From contig NC_068985.1 of NCBI RefSeq assembly GCF_001194135.2, positions 36,582,305-36,640,350 of the forward strand: DNA of 58,046 bases. Direction: 5' to 3'. This DNA comes from Octopus bimaculoides (taxonomy: Eukaryota). Each line of letters opens with the position of its first letter. Within the stretch, counting starts at the first letter, position 1. Under the pieces are notes generated by a model, which was not told where the DNA came from, did no database searches, and saw only the letters and a list, made by a program, of their open reading frames with translations. This document shows, in pieces, positions 47,274 through 58,046 of the stretch. A program made the position numbers and the translations under genes.

Positions 47274-50200
47274 ATGGATCTCCGAAGAGTGAAAGATGAT
47301 GTCAAGTTAGATTTATGCCGGACATATTACAAAGGTAATGTTAATGGAGAAGAAACAGGGTGTATGAATAAAATAGATAATGTAACTAGCAGATAATAAG
47401 CAATTAAAGAAGAAACCACGAAGATAATGAGGCATAACAGTTGTCAGTTAATCCCCATGTCAGGTCTGTTCAAAGTTGTTTCAGCTGTGACTAATATGTC
47501 ATTTTGTATGTGAATGTCTACACTGTCAAGTATCTCCTTCCTTTTGAAAAGTGAGAGAAATATGGTTACTATAACTAGCAGGTTAAGTGATCATATAGAA
47601 GCTTTTGAAGTTTTGACTGGAAGGGTATCCAAGTATAAGAGTCTCTTGCTTTACAAGACAAAGTGTCCAGATTTATGAAAACTAATCCATTCACGTGACA
47701 CGTGTGTAAATAGAGAGATCTACAAAGAGTTATACTTGAGGCATTTTTGAACCTGTAAGAAGGCCATTCACTAGATTTTGCCCTGGAGAGAAATTCTTGT
47801 AGACAAAAAGGTGTAATTTAGGTAGAAAATAATGAATGAGTGTGGTAGCAGTGAAATAATGATTTTGAAAATAGACACTTTGATGACAGCAATATTTTAT
47901 TATAGTGTTTATTGTCTTTCAGGTGGTTTTGCACTCCTGCCATTCTTATGGTTTATTAACTTCCTGTGGTTCTTCAGAGAAGCTTACCGCCGGCCAGAGT
48001 TTGAACAACAGAAACAAATCCGTACATGTAAGCAGCTATTTCGATTTGCTTTCTTCACTTCATTACTGAGTTGATATGTCTTCATGTATTTTTCTTTGAA
48101 ATAACAGAATCAATGAGGACTTATAATGATTGAAAATTAGAATAGTGATTATGTTAACAATAATAGTGATAAGTAATAGTTTCAACTATCATTTTAAACA
48201 TAAACCATCATCACCATTTAACATCTGTTTTCCATGCTGGCATTGGTTGGGCAGTTTAACAGGAGCTGGTGAGCTAATGGACTGCATGAAGCTTCAGTGT
48301 CTGCTCTGGTACAGTATCTATGGCTGGATGCCCTTGCTAATGCCAACCATTTTATAGGGTGTACTGGGTGCTTTTTACATAACCTTGGCACTAGTGATGT
48401 CACCGAGTAACTCACAAGACCTCTCAACTGAGTGGAGGGAGTGATACTATGCCAAGTGGTGAGAAGTTAGAGTATGATAAAGGGGCAAGAACAGGTCTCT
48501 TAGTGGTACTTGGAGATCCATCTACTTTCATCTCAAATACCCAAATATATATGCACATAACACGTATAAATTACTCAGCATTAACAAAATATCTCTGTTG
48601 CAAATGACTCACACTGAGTTACTAGTTTAATATTGCTTATTCTCAAGTTATTGGCCTACAGGAATAAGAGTCACTGGAACCATTTAGCTGACACTAATTC
48701 TTTTGACAACTTGCATAAAACTGTAACTGGTTCTGAAGCAAAGCCTATTTTTAAAGCATTCATATCTAAATTAAATACTTTGAAGATTATTGCTTGTTCT
48801 CTTTTTTTTTTTACTTTATTTTTCACTATTTCACAATAATTCTTCCATGTTCACATAGATGGGATGGTTTTAGTTTTTCTTGGTGCAGTTAACAGCTGGT
48901 TGCTTTTCTTACTACCAACCACTTTATCATTAACCTTTAGGAGACGGCAGGGCTGATCTATTGGCCAAAAAGTTGAATAACGAAGAAGATTGCATTTGTT
49001 CAATTTCATACAAGAATATATATAGTTTTATATATGTAAATGGATTACTTTATTTTTTTAATAATTTTTTTTGAAAAATAAGTGCATGCCCTCTGTAGGG
49101 CTTGTGAAAAGGGCTGTATCTTCTTGGCACTGAGACTCCAGATGAGGCTCCATCTCCAAAGGGTTAAATAGGTGTGGAACCTGTTAGAAAACTAACAGTG
49201 TTTAGGCATTGAAGTTGAAGGTGTGATGAGTTTAGGCAAACTATCATGGGATTTTAATCTTTTTTTTACCATATTTCTAATGAAATGCACTGCTTTGTGT
49301 GTTTCACTTAATATGGTAAATAATGAAGTTGTTGAAATTGAGTAAAGTAACTTTTTCCTTTCAAGATTATGAATGAAATATTTAGTTTAGATATGAATGC
49401 TTTGAAAACAGGTTTTGTTTCAGGACTGGTTACAGTTTTATGCAAGTTGTCAAAAGGATTAGTATCAGCTAGTAGCTCCAGTGACTCATACTCTTGTAGG
49501 CCTATAACTTGAGAATAAGCAATCAAATGTCCAGGCTGTTTTACAGCCATAATATTGTATTCCTGATTCTTCTTTTTTTTTCTGAAGAACAAAGCTTCTT
49601 TTGTAAAAGGAAGGAACTAACTTGATCTCAATATAATATTGTTACCTATTTTAAATTGTAAATGGTAGTATATCGGTAATAAAAAATGCTGTAACAGTAA
49701 ATCTACTTGGCTCAGTTTATCTGGTTAACACCAGATTTCACCTCTAGCTGAAGTGTGTAAGGCTATCCAGCTGTAAAAACTATTGCTGAATGTGCTTCTT
49801 CAAGTTCACCATCCCCCAGACAACATATTATACAGTCTGTTAAGTGTATGTAAATTTACTAGGTCTTATTGTGAATATTATACTGGAGTAATAAGATCTT
49901 CCTTGGCTGTATTAAGAAATGTGCTTTTCAACTACATGGTTTCAATCCTACTGCATGGCATCTTGGACCAGTGTCTTCTACCATTACTTCAGAATGTTCA
50001 AAACCTTTTGTTTGAAATTTAGTAGATGAAGCCATATGGAAGCCCACCAGAAGGATCATTTCTATTTTTGATTGGTAAACATAATTTGTCATTTGTTTTA
50101 GCACCACCACCTGGCCTTTGGAAACCTTTAACTGTGACCATAGTGGTTGCTGCAAGTTTTCAGACTAGATCTCTGGTTTGAGGATAACTTCCTCTCTTTC

Positions 50201-51216
50201 TCCTACCAGTTTCAGAGGCCCTGAAGAGAACCATTGGTGCTGCACTTCCTCCTCTGACCAAACAGAAAATAAGAAGCCTGGCTGTTGTCTGATTCATTAG
50301 TTTCAAATATCTTTGTATATTTACTTTATTTGATGGCATAAAAGATGCATGAGCATATTAGACACCCCAATTTCAGCAGTGCATCATCATCAACATCATT
50401 TAACATCCATTTTTCCAGTGCTGGCATGGGTTGGACAGTTTGATAGGTGGCTAACTGAAAAGCTGCACTAGGCCCCAATTGTCTGTTTTTGGTATGGCTT
50501 CTACAAGTGGATGACCTTCCTAATGCCAACCTTTTACAGAGTATACTGGGTGCTTTTTATGTGGTGCTAGCATAGGTACTTTTTCATGTGGCACTGGCAT
50601 GGGTGATTTTTACCTGGTGCCAGCATGGATGCTTTATACATGGCACCAGCATGAGTGGTTTGTACTGCCTTTTATGTGGTGCCAGTGTGGGTGTTTTGTA
50701 CGTGCTCTGTATGTGGTACTGGCACAGGTACTTTTTACATGGCACCATTCAAGGAAAAATGGTTTTAGTGCATTAAAACTTAAAAGAAGCCCAACTGCAC
50801 ATAGGACCAGAGGTGATTTCTTTTGAAACAGTCTTTTGAAGACAAGTGCATCTTACATGCCATCAAATACAGTATGTTTAGATTTGTATCTAAAGATTAG
50901 GATTGAGCTTTTCTCTGTCCTCTTTACACTTTTGGATATACTTTCTTAATTGACAAAAATGAAAGTACAGATTAAGGAAAGTTCCTAATTAAAAAGGAGT
51001 TGTGCTTATTGAAATTTAACTGCTAAGGTGGAAAAATTTACTTATTTGTTTCTTCTCTTTTTCTTTTTCTTTTCAGATGTTACTCGTTCATTGATTGGGT
51101 CTTTGATCTGGTTCAGCATCATGATTATATGGATTATAATTTTTCAGATGAAACGAGCTGAATGGGGAGCTGTGGCTGATTACATGTCTTTCATCATTCC
51201 TACAGGCAGAGCATAA
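47274..51216 (+). CDS. PSENEN: Gamma-secretase subunit PEN-2, join(47274..47334,47923..48027,51077..51216), 101 aa
   Basis: [101 protein letters not shown]. Exons are 61/105/140 nt with GT-AG junctions, and the PEN-2 [10 protein letters not shown] and C-terminal DYxSFxIPxG motifs are present. An acceptor (ttcttctag) 2 nt before the ATG implies an upstream non-coding exon. Confidence 0.96.
48633..49522. repeat. Diverged inverted repeat with ~145-bp arms in PEN-2 intron (48633..48778 and 49377..49522)
   Basis: ORF-track translations of both arms share [31 protein letters not shown] on opposite strands. Confidence 0.85.
48934..49163. mobile_element. TTAA-flanked MITE (piggyBac-type), 230 bp
   Basis: TTAA both sides; TIR CCTTTAGGAGACGG / CCCTTTGGAGATGG (11/14). 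Confidence 0.7.
50385..50745 (-). mobile_element. RTE-family 3' tail with degenerate 26-bp minisatellite (PEN-2 intron)
   Basis: Same tail and ttttatgtggtgc.agcatggg repeats as 11145..11770. Confidence 0.75.
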
Positions 51217-51303
51217 CTTTCTACAAGTGACTTAATAACTCATATAGAAGTATGGTTGTCAGTCAATAACTGCCAAATGACCTTCTTGCTCTGTGGCCTC
51301 TGT

Positions 51304-51309
51304 AATAAA
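51304..51309 (+). terminator. Candidate poly(A) signal of PEN-2
   Basis: AATAAA 88 nt after the stop. Confidence 0.45.
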
Positions 51310-51435
51310 CCTGAACTTGTTCTGAGAGAGAGAGAGAGTGTGTGTGTGTGTGTGTGTATGTGTGTGTATGTTACAAAGTAAAAGAGTGAAACCTGTAAAA
51401 TATCTGCGAATGACTTTTTTTTAACATCCCACATG

Positions 51436-51594
51436 AATTGGCGTTAGGAAGGGCATCCAGCTGTAGAAACTCTGCCAAATCAGATTGGAGCCTGGTGTTG
51501 CCATCCGGTTTCACCAGTCCTCAGTCAAATCGTCCAACCCATGCTAGCATGGAAAGCGGACGTTAAACGATGATGATGATGATGATGATGATGA
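51436..51594 (+). mobile_element. Young, very short RTE-family 3' tail copy ending in (GAT)n
   Basis: ttggcgttaggaagggcatccagctgtagaaactctgccaaatcagattggagcctgg...ggacgttaaacgatgatgatg, near-identical to 55318..55460. Confidence 0.85.
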
Positions 51595-52910
51595 GGGTTC
51601 CTATTTACTTAAATCGAACTGGAGACTATTTTACCTATATGGTCTTTTCATAAAATAACATCACATATAACTTGAATAATTGTCCTTATTGTAATTAAAG
51701 TCCCTCAAATAACTTATTTATGTGTTTAATCAACAAACTTTATTCATGTCCACATAGATGTTGCATGAGGATTATGGGTCATATCAGTGTCGACACCAGG
51801 TCATCAGTGTTACTTGGGCTCATCACAGATTTTGCATGAGACACATGCCTGCTCAAAAAATTTCATGTTTTTCTGCTTTATTTCTAACCCCAAATGACTT
51901 ATTTTTTAATATCTAGCACTATGTATTTCTCCATTTCTAAGTTAAGGATAAAATAAAGCAACCCTGCAAAACACAACTGATCTTTACACATAGGCTCACA
52001 GAATAACAGCAGTCAAATAATGACAGCGGAGTGTGCAACAAACAGCGATTTGACTGTCGCCTGTACTCTTGACAAGAGAAGTCAGTTAGTTTTTTACACC
52101 TACTAGGCTCATTCGTATTAACCTGAGTTGCTGGATTAATTTTTGTTCTTTTAAGAACATTGTAGAACGGAAACTTTTCATTGATTGGAATTTAAATACT
52201 AATCTCTATAGAAATTTATTGTTTCAAGAAAACATTGGATTTGAATTACTCTTAATTTTTACAATTATTGATAACAACTCTGACTGTAACATCTGAGCCT
52301 GAGTCAGGCATGTGTGAATAATGTTGAGAGAATGTCTGCTACAAATAATATTTTTTGACATGGTACTTCTAAGACACTGCCAGACGCTGAACGAAAATAA
52401 ATGAACTGCAACCAGGCTCAATAAAAGGAGCCCAAGTTATTGGCTGAAATTACATACTTGAAGTCAGTGTTGGTAGAAATTAAATCAGCTTGCAAATACT
52501 CGTTCACTTTATGAAATTTATATTTGGACTAGGGTTCAACAGCCTGAGTGCCAGAGTTGCCACTGGCTCATATATATTTATTTGAAAGTCTTTGTGAAAA
52601 TTACTTAACACAGTTTTTAAGTATAAAAAGGTATTTAAAAAAAACAACTTTTTTTTCAAAAGTTATAAACTCTTTTTGGAAGAAGTTTTTTCCTAGCTTT
52701 TTTTTTGTGTGTGTGTATATATATATTGCAAAGATAATCTGGAACTCAACTGAGGATAGAAAACTCCGAATGATCCGTCCTTGTTTTCTTTTATCGTCTG
52801 TCTGGATGTTTTGTTGTCCCTTTTTTGTATCACCTAACTGTCTGGATGTTTTGCATTCTTGTCCCATTTTTGTATTTATATATATGTATATATATAAATA
52901 TATATATATA

Positions 52911-55461
52911 TAAAAGGTTGCTTAATAAAGAGAATGAATGGGAGAAAGAGAGTCTGCTGAATGTCGACCCAACAGAGGGACCAGCTATCCAAATTGACAG
53001 TACCTTGGTAGATAAAGTGATCAAGAGTATGAAGACAGGGAAAGCCCCCGGCCCATCAGGAATCACCGCAGAGATGCTCAAAACATCTGGCAGTGTCAGC
53101 TATAGTCTAGTCACCCGTATAGTTAATCAGGTGATACACGAAGGAGCTATACCCAATGACTGGTGTAGCAGCACCATAGTCAACTGCTACAAAGGTAAAG
53201 GTGACGCTTTAGACACAAACAATTACAGAGGTATCAAATNNNNNNNNNNAGACACAAACAATTACAGAGGTATCAAATTGTTGGACCAGGTAATGAAAGT
53301 CACTGAGAGGGTCATAGCCCAACTAATTAGGGAGAGAGTCAATCTAGATGAGATATAGTTTGGGTTCGTGCCAGGGAAAAGCACCACTGATGCTATATTT
53401 CTGGTAAAACAGCTGGAAGAGAAATACCTGGTTTTCGTTGACATGGAGAAAGCCTTTGACAGGGCCCCCCGATCCCTTATCTGGTGGTCAATGAGGAAAC
53501 TAGGGATAGATGAATGGTTAGTGAGAGTTGTGCAAGCCATGTACCGGGATGCTGTCAGTAAGGTGAGGGTTGGCAACGAGTACAGTGAAGAATTTCGAGT
53601 AGGGATAGAGGTTCACCAAAGATCAGTCCTCAGTCCCCTCTTATTCATCATTGTCCTCCAGGCAATAACACAGGAATTCAAGACAGGATTTCCCTGGGAG
53701 CTCCTCTATGCTGATGACTTTGCACAAATTGCTGAGTTACTATCAGAACTAGAGAAGTTTCAGGTGTGGAAGTAAGGATTAGAATCGAAGGGCCTTAGAG
53801 TCAACCTAGCTAAAACCAAAGTCTTAATAAGTAGGAAGGCAGACAAACCTCAAATCCCTTCAGGTAGATGGCCCTGCTCGATTTGTAGAAAAGGCGTAGA
53901 TAGAAACTCCATAAGATGTACCCAGTGTAAGCTATGGACACAAGAGGTGCAGCAATATCAAAGGGAAGCTAACTGAGAAGATAGATTTTGTATGTAGCAA
54001 ATGCTCAGGTGCTATAAACACAGAAAATGTGCAGAGAACAGTTTCTGTCATATTGTAGGGAGGAAAGCTAGAAGTAGTCGATAGTTTTCGTTACCTAAGG
54101 GACCAAGTCAGTAGCATGGGTGGATGCTCTGAAAGTGTAACTGCTAGAATAAGTATAGCCTGGACAAAGTTCAGAGAGCTCCTACCTCTGCTGGTGACAA
54201 AGGGCCTCTTGCTCAGAGTAAAAGGTAGTCTGTATGACGCATGTGTACGAACAGTCATGCTACATGGCAGTGAAACATGGGCCGTGACTGCTGAGGACAT
54301 GCTGAGGAATGAAGCCAGTATGCCGTGATTGCTGAGGAATGAAGCCAGTATGCTCCACTGGATGTGTAATGTCACTGTTCATACATGACTGTGTAAGCAC
54401 CCTCAGGGAAAAGTTGGATTTAAGAAGCATCAGATGTGGTGTGCAAGAGAGACGGCTGCGCTGGTATGGTCATATGTTGCATATGGATGAGGACAGCTGG
54501 TTGGAAAAGTGTCACACCCTAGCAGTTGACAGAACGTGTGAAAGAGGTAGACCCAGGAAAACCTGGGATGGGGTTGTGAAGCACGACCTTCGAACATTGG
54601 GCCTTACCGAGGCAATGACTAGTGACCGAGACCTTTGGACATATGATGTGCTTGAGAAGACCCGACAAGCCAAGTGAGACCATAGTCCATGGCCTATGCC
54701 AGTGGGTGTAACCAGCTCACTTATGAATACCCCTCATTCATTGGATAATAAACCTTGCTTGTGAAGACCTATTGAGGCAAGTGAAATCAAAATCAAAATT
54801 GCTGACGTGGCCGATGACAGTACCGCCTGATTGGCACTTGTGCCAATGGAACGTTAAAAGCACATCCGAACGTGGGGTGTAACTGGCCCACTTATGAATA
54901 TCCCTCATTCATTGGACAATGAACTTTACTTGCGAAGACCTATTGAGGCAAGTGTAAACAAATCAAAATCGCTGACGTGGCTGATAACAGTACCATCTGA
55001 TTGGCACTCATGCCAGTGGAACATCAGAAGAAGCATATCCGAGCGTGATCGTTGCCCGGGTCACGGATGGCTCCCATGCCGGTGACGCGTGAAAAGCACC
55101 ATTCGAGTGTGATCATTGCCAGCGTTGCCTTACGGGAACATGTGCCGGTGGCACGTGAAAAACAACATTCGAGCGAGTTCATTGTTAGTTCTGCTGGACT
55201 GGCTCCCATGCAAGTAGCACGTAAAAACACCTTTTGGGTGTGGTTGTTGCCAGAACCGCTTGACTGACCCTCGTGCCTGTGGCACGTAAAAGCACCCACT
55301 ACACTCTCGGAATGGTTGGTGTTAGGAAGGGTATCCAGCTGTAGAAACTTTGCCAGATCAGATTGAGCCTGGTGCAGCCTCTGGCTCACCAGTCCTCATT
55401 CAAACCGTCGAACCCATGCCAGCATAGAAAGCGGACGTTAAACGATGATGATGATGATGAT
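52911..55461 (+). mobile_element. 5'-truncated, disabled RTE-clade LINE (RT, C-terminal region, 3' UTR with tandem repeats, (GAT)n tail)
   Basis: ORF pieces 52825..53358, 53368..53775, 54116..54328 and 54339..54677 encode KAPGPSGI, LVFVDMEKAFDR, LLYADD, RRLRWYGH and RGRPRKTW. In-frame stops and frameshifts are present, and the element ends in aaacgatgatgatgatg. Confidence 0.92.
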
Positions 55462-55466
55462 ATATA

Positions 55467-55617
55467 TAGGTGCAGGAGTGGCTGTGTGCTAAGTAGCTTG
55501 CTTACCAACCACATGGTCCCGGGTACAGTCCCACTGCGTTGCACCTTCTACTATAGCCTCGAACTGACTGAAGCCTTTTGTGTGGATTTGGTAGACGGAA
55601 ACTGAAAGAAGTCGTAT

Positions 55618-55648
<31 letters not shown>

Positions 55649-55827
55649 GTTTGTGTGTCTGTGTTTGTCCCCCCAACATCGCTTGAAAACCGATGCTGGG
55701 TTATTCGGCAAAAGAGACCGATAGCATAAGTTCTAGGCTTACAAAGAATAAGTGCTGGGGGCGATTTGCTAGACTAAATGCGGTGCTGCAGCATGGCCGC
55801 ACTCAAATGACTGAAACAAATAAAAGA
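55467..55827 (+). mobile_element. tRNA-derived SINE (same family), directly after the RTE tail
   Basis: aggtgcaggagtggctgtgtgctaagtagcttgc...atgactgaaacaaataaaag. Confidence 0.85.
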
Positions 55828-57740
55828 ATGTGTGTGTGTGTGTGTATGTGTGTTTCTTTGTCTGCCAATACTTACAGATTGACAACTGCAGTCAGTTTGT
55901 TTATATCCCTGTAAGGTAGCGGTTCGGCAAAAATCAACGATAGAGTAAGTACCAGGTTTAAAATCCTTCAAGGTGGTGTCCTAACATAGTCATAGTCCAA
56001 TGGCTGAAAAAAAGTAAATGGTGAAAGATAATCCGTTGCTCAGTTTAGCACCACTCCGTGCCTTGGATGCTTCCAGTGGGATCTAATGTGGCAAGTATTC
56101 TGACCAGACTTCTACGTTTGATGATGACACCATACCTTGAAGCACTCTTCCTATCATCGTATCCCTCCCCTCTCATCCAAAAGTCTCATGAATCTTGCAA
56201 AAAGGTCATAGATGCTGCCCTACTTCTAGTGACTTGAAAAAGTTAAGCCTCAACGTCTCGTTTGTGTACTAATTTTTGTTAGCAAGAACAGTAACTACAA
56301 TAAATATTAGCTGAGTTACGTCCCTTAAAAGATTTTTTTTTTTCCAGGTGTAATAATTTCTTTCAAGTCGCTTAGGTTAGCTACAACCGTTTCTGTAAAT
56401 GAAACCAAACGACTGCTCTATGTATTAAAGATACGATAAATTTGATGGCCAGTACTTTATTGTATGTACACTTTAATGTTTTGCGTTGGCTCTCTCGTGT
56501 GTATGTACGTGTGGTATATACAGTTACAAGGGAGATAACTCATGCTATATGTTATGCATTAGTGTGTAAACATGCGAGCCGACGATTATTAACCCGTCGA
56601 TTCGATTCCGGAAACAGACGACGCGTTGTGTCCTTCAGCAAGGTACTTCATACTTCCTTGATTCAGTTCACTCACCTGAAAATTTGAAGCAGCAACAGTT
56701 AATGTGTGAGTTAACACTGCGACCCAATGTTGTACCGTTCAAAGGAAAGTCATTTACTCTGAGCTTAATCATAAAAGTTTTTGGCCTAATAGGACTGCAA
56801 ACTCGGAACAAGTGACTGAGAAGTTCACCCCAAAACGTGATCTTGGTTCGATTCCACTGTACAGCAAGTGGTCTAGCGTCTTTTACCGTAGCTTCAGGTT
56901 TGCCAAAACATTTTGAGTAGAAGTTCTTAAACGCAAACTGCCCGTGAGGTATCACACCCCTTAGGTGGTGGATTTAATCAATCGCCAAGTTGAATAACAC
57001 CATCAGGAATTTTCGTGATTTAATAGCGAACACTACCTAAAAATTTTAAATATCATCCCCAGCCTCTTTAACGCCAAAAGAGGTATAGCTGGTAAAAAAA
57101 AAAAAAATATGGGAGGGCTTCATTTTCCTTCATAAGTAACTTCTTAATATAGTGAATAAATTCTGACATAAGTACATGGCTCAAAACTTAGAGAAGAGGA
57201 GTTACTCATTTCACCCGACTCTAGTGCCTGACTAGTACATTTGCTTTATCAACTCGAAGTTGGTCCCTGAAAATCATTGTGCCCGTTGTTTATGTTCATT
57301 GAAATTTGTTTTGGATAACATTTTCCACTAACATATTTATCATGGTGTCATAAAATCGTACACGGATCAATATGAATTAATTTACAGACAGATATTTTGT
57401 TAATACTAACCACACAACTTGATCCAGTGAAATATCTGCTGTGATACTCAATTATTAAGAGAAATTACTCAATCTGCATTACTTGAGTAATCTTTGTATT
57501 AGAAAGTGAGCATTAAATTAACAACTTTTACTTAATATGCCTGTTATCATCAGAAAATGGAATGAAAAAAAAAAGGAAAATATAATAACTAGATTCAACA
57601 CAATATTTTTAAATATCAAGAAAAATTTATGAAAATTTGAAGTGAAAAGAGTTTATCTTCTATACGTATATATGTGTATATATAATGTATATATATAATG
57701 TATATATATAATGTATATATATGTATATATATGTATACCT

Positions 57741-58046
57741 TGGTTCCAGTTGATCCGATCAACGGAACAGCCTGCTCGTGAAATTAACGTGCAAGTGGCT
57801 GAGCACTCCACAGACACGTGTACCCTTAACGTAGTTCTCGGGGATATTCAGCGTGATACAGTGTGACAAGGCTGACCCTTTGAATTTCAGGCACAGCAGA
57901 AACAGGAAGTAAGAGTGAGAGAAAGTTGTGGTGAAAGAGTACAGCAGGGTCCGTCACCATCCCCTGCTGGAGCCTCGTGGAGCTTTAGGTGTTTTCGCTC
58001 AATAAACACTCACAACGCTCGGTCTGGGAATCGAAACCGCGATCCT
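57741..58046 (-). mobile_element. SINE, same family as 13135..13503, runs off the window end
   Basis: High identity to 13165..13460. Confidence 0.85.

Noticed and set aside
52010-52057. CAGTCAAAT...ATTTGACTG hairpin containing ATGA..AA..GA, SECIS-like, downstream of PEN-2
   Set aside because: Helix II cannot form, spacing is wrong, and no in-frame TGA exists in the neighbouring genes.

Overview
AT-rich eukaryotic (metazoan) genomic DNA with eight N-gaps and many microsatellites. The SINE and LINE content looks like a coleoid cephalopod, most likely Octopus; this is inferred, not proven. Three intron-containing housekeeping genes can be reconstructed by hand with frame-consistent GT-AG junctions. 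(1) ETHE1 persulfide dioxygenase on +, six coding exons at 9132-17866; its first coding exon was not located. (2) U2AF1/U2AF35 splicing factor on -, 39129-18023. (3) PEN-2/PSENEN gamma-secretase subunit on +, 47274-51216, 101 aa. ETHE1 and U2AF1 are tail-to-tail with stops 156 nt apart. U2AF1 and PEN-2 are head-to-head, as human U2AF1L4 and PSENEN are. The most notable feature is an apparently elaborate alternative-splicing cassette in U2AF1. It has two tandemly duplicated, frame-incompatible (hence mutually exclusive) exons encoding UHM helix A, which is a different exon from the vertebrate 3a/3b pair. It also has a strongly supported 6-nt in-frame microexon and several candidate poison exons in the same long, repeat-poor intron. 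The rest of the window is tRNA-derived SINEs, decayed RTE and other LINE copies, a deleted piggyBac nested in a SINE, several TTAA-flanked MITEs, a pogo-like remnant and several intronic inverted repeats. No rRNA, genuine tRNA or CRISPR was found.
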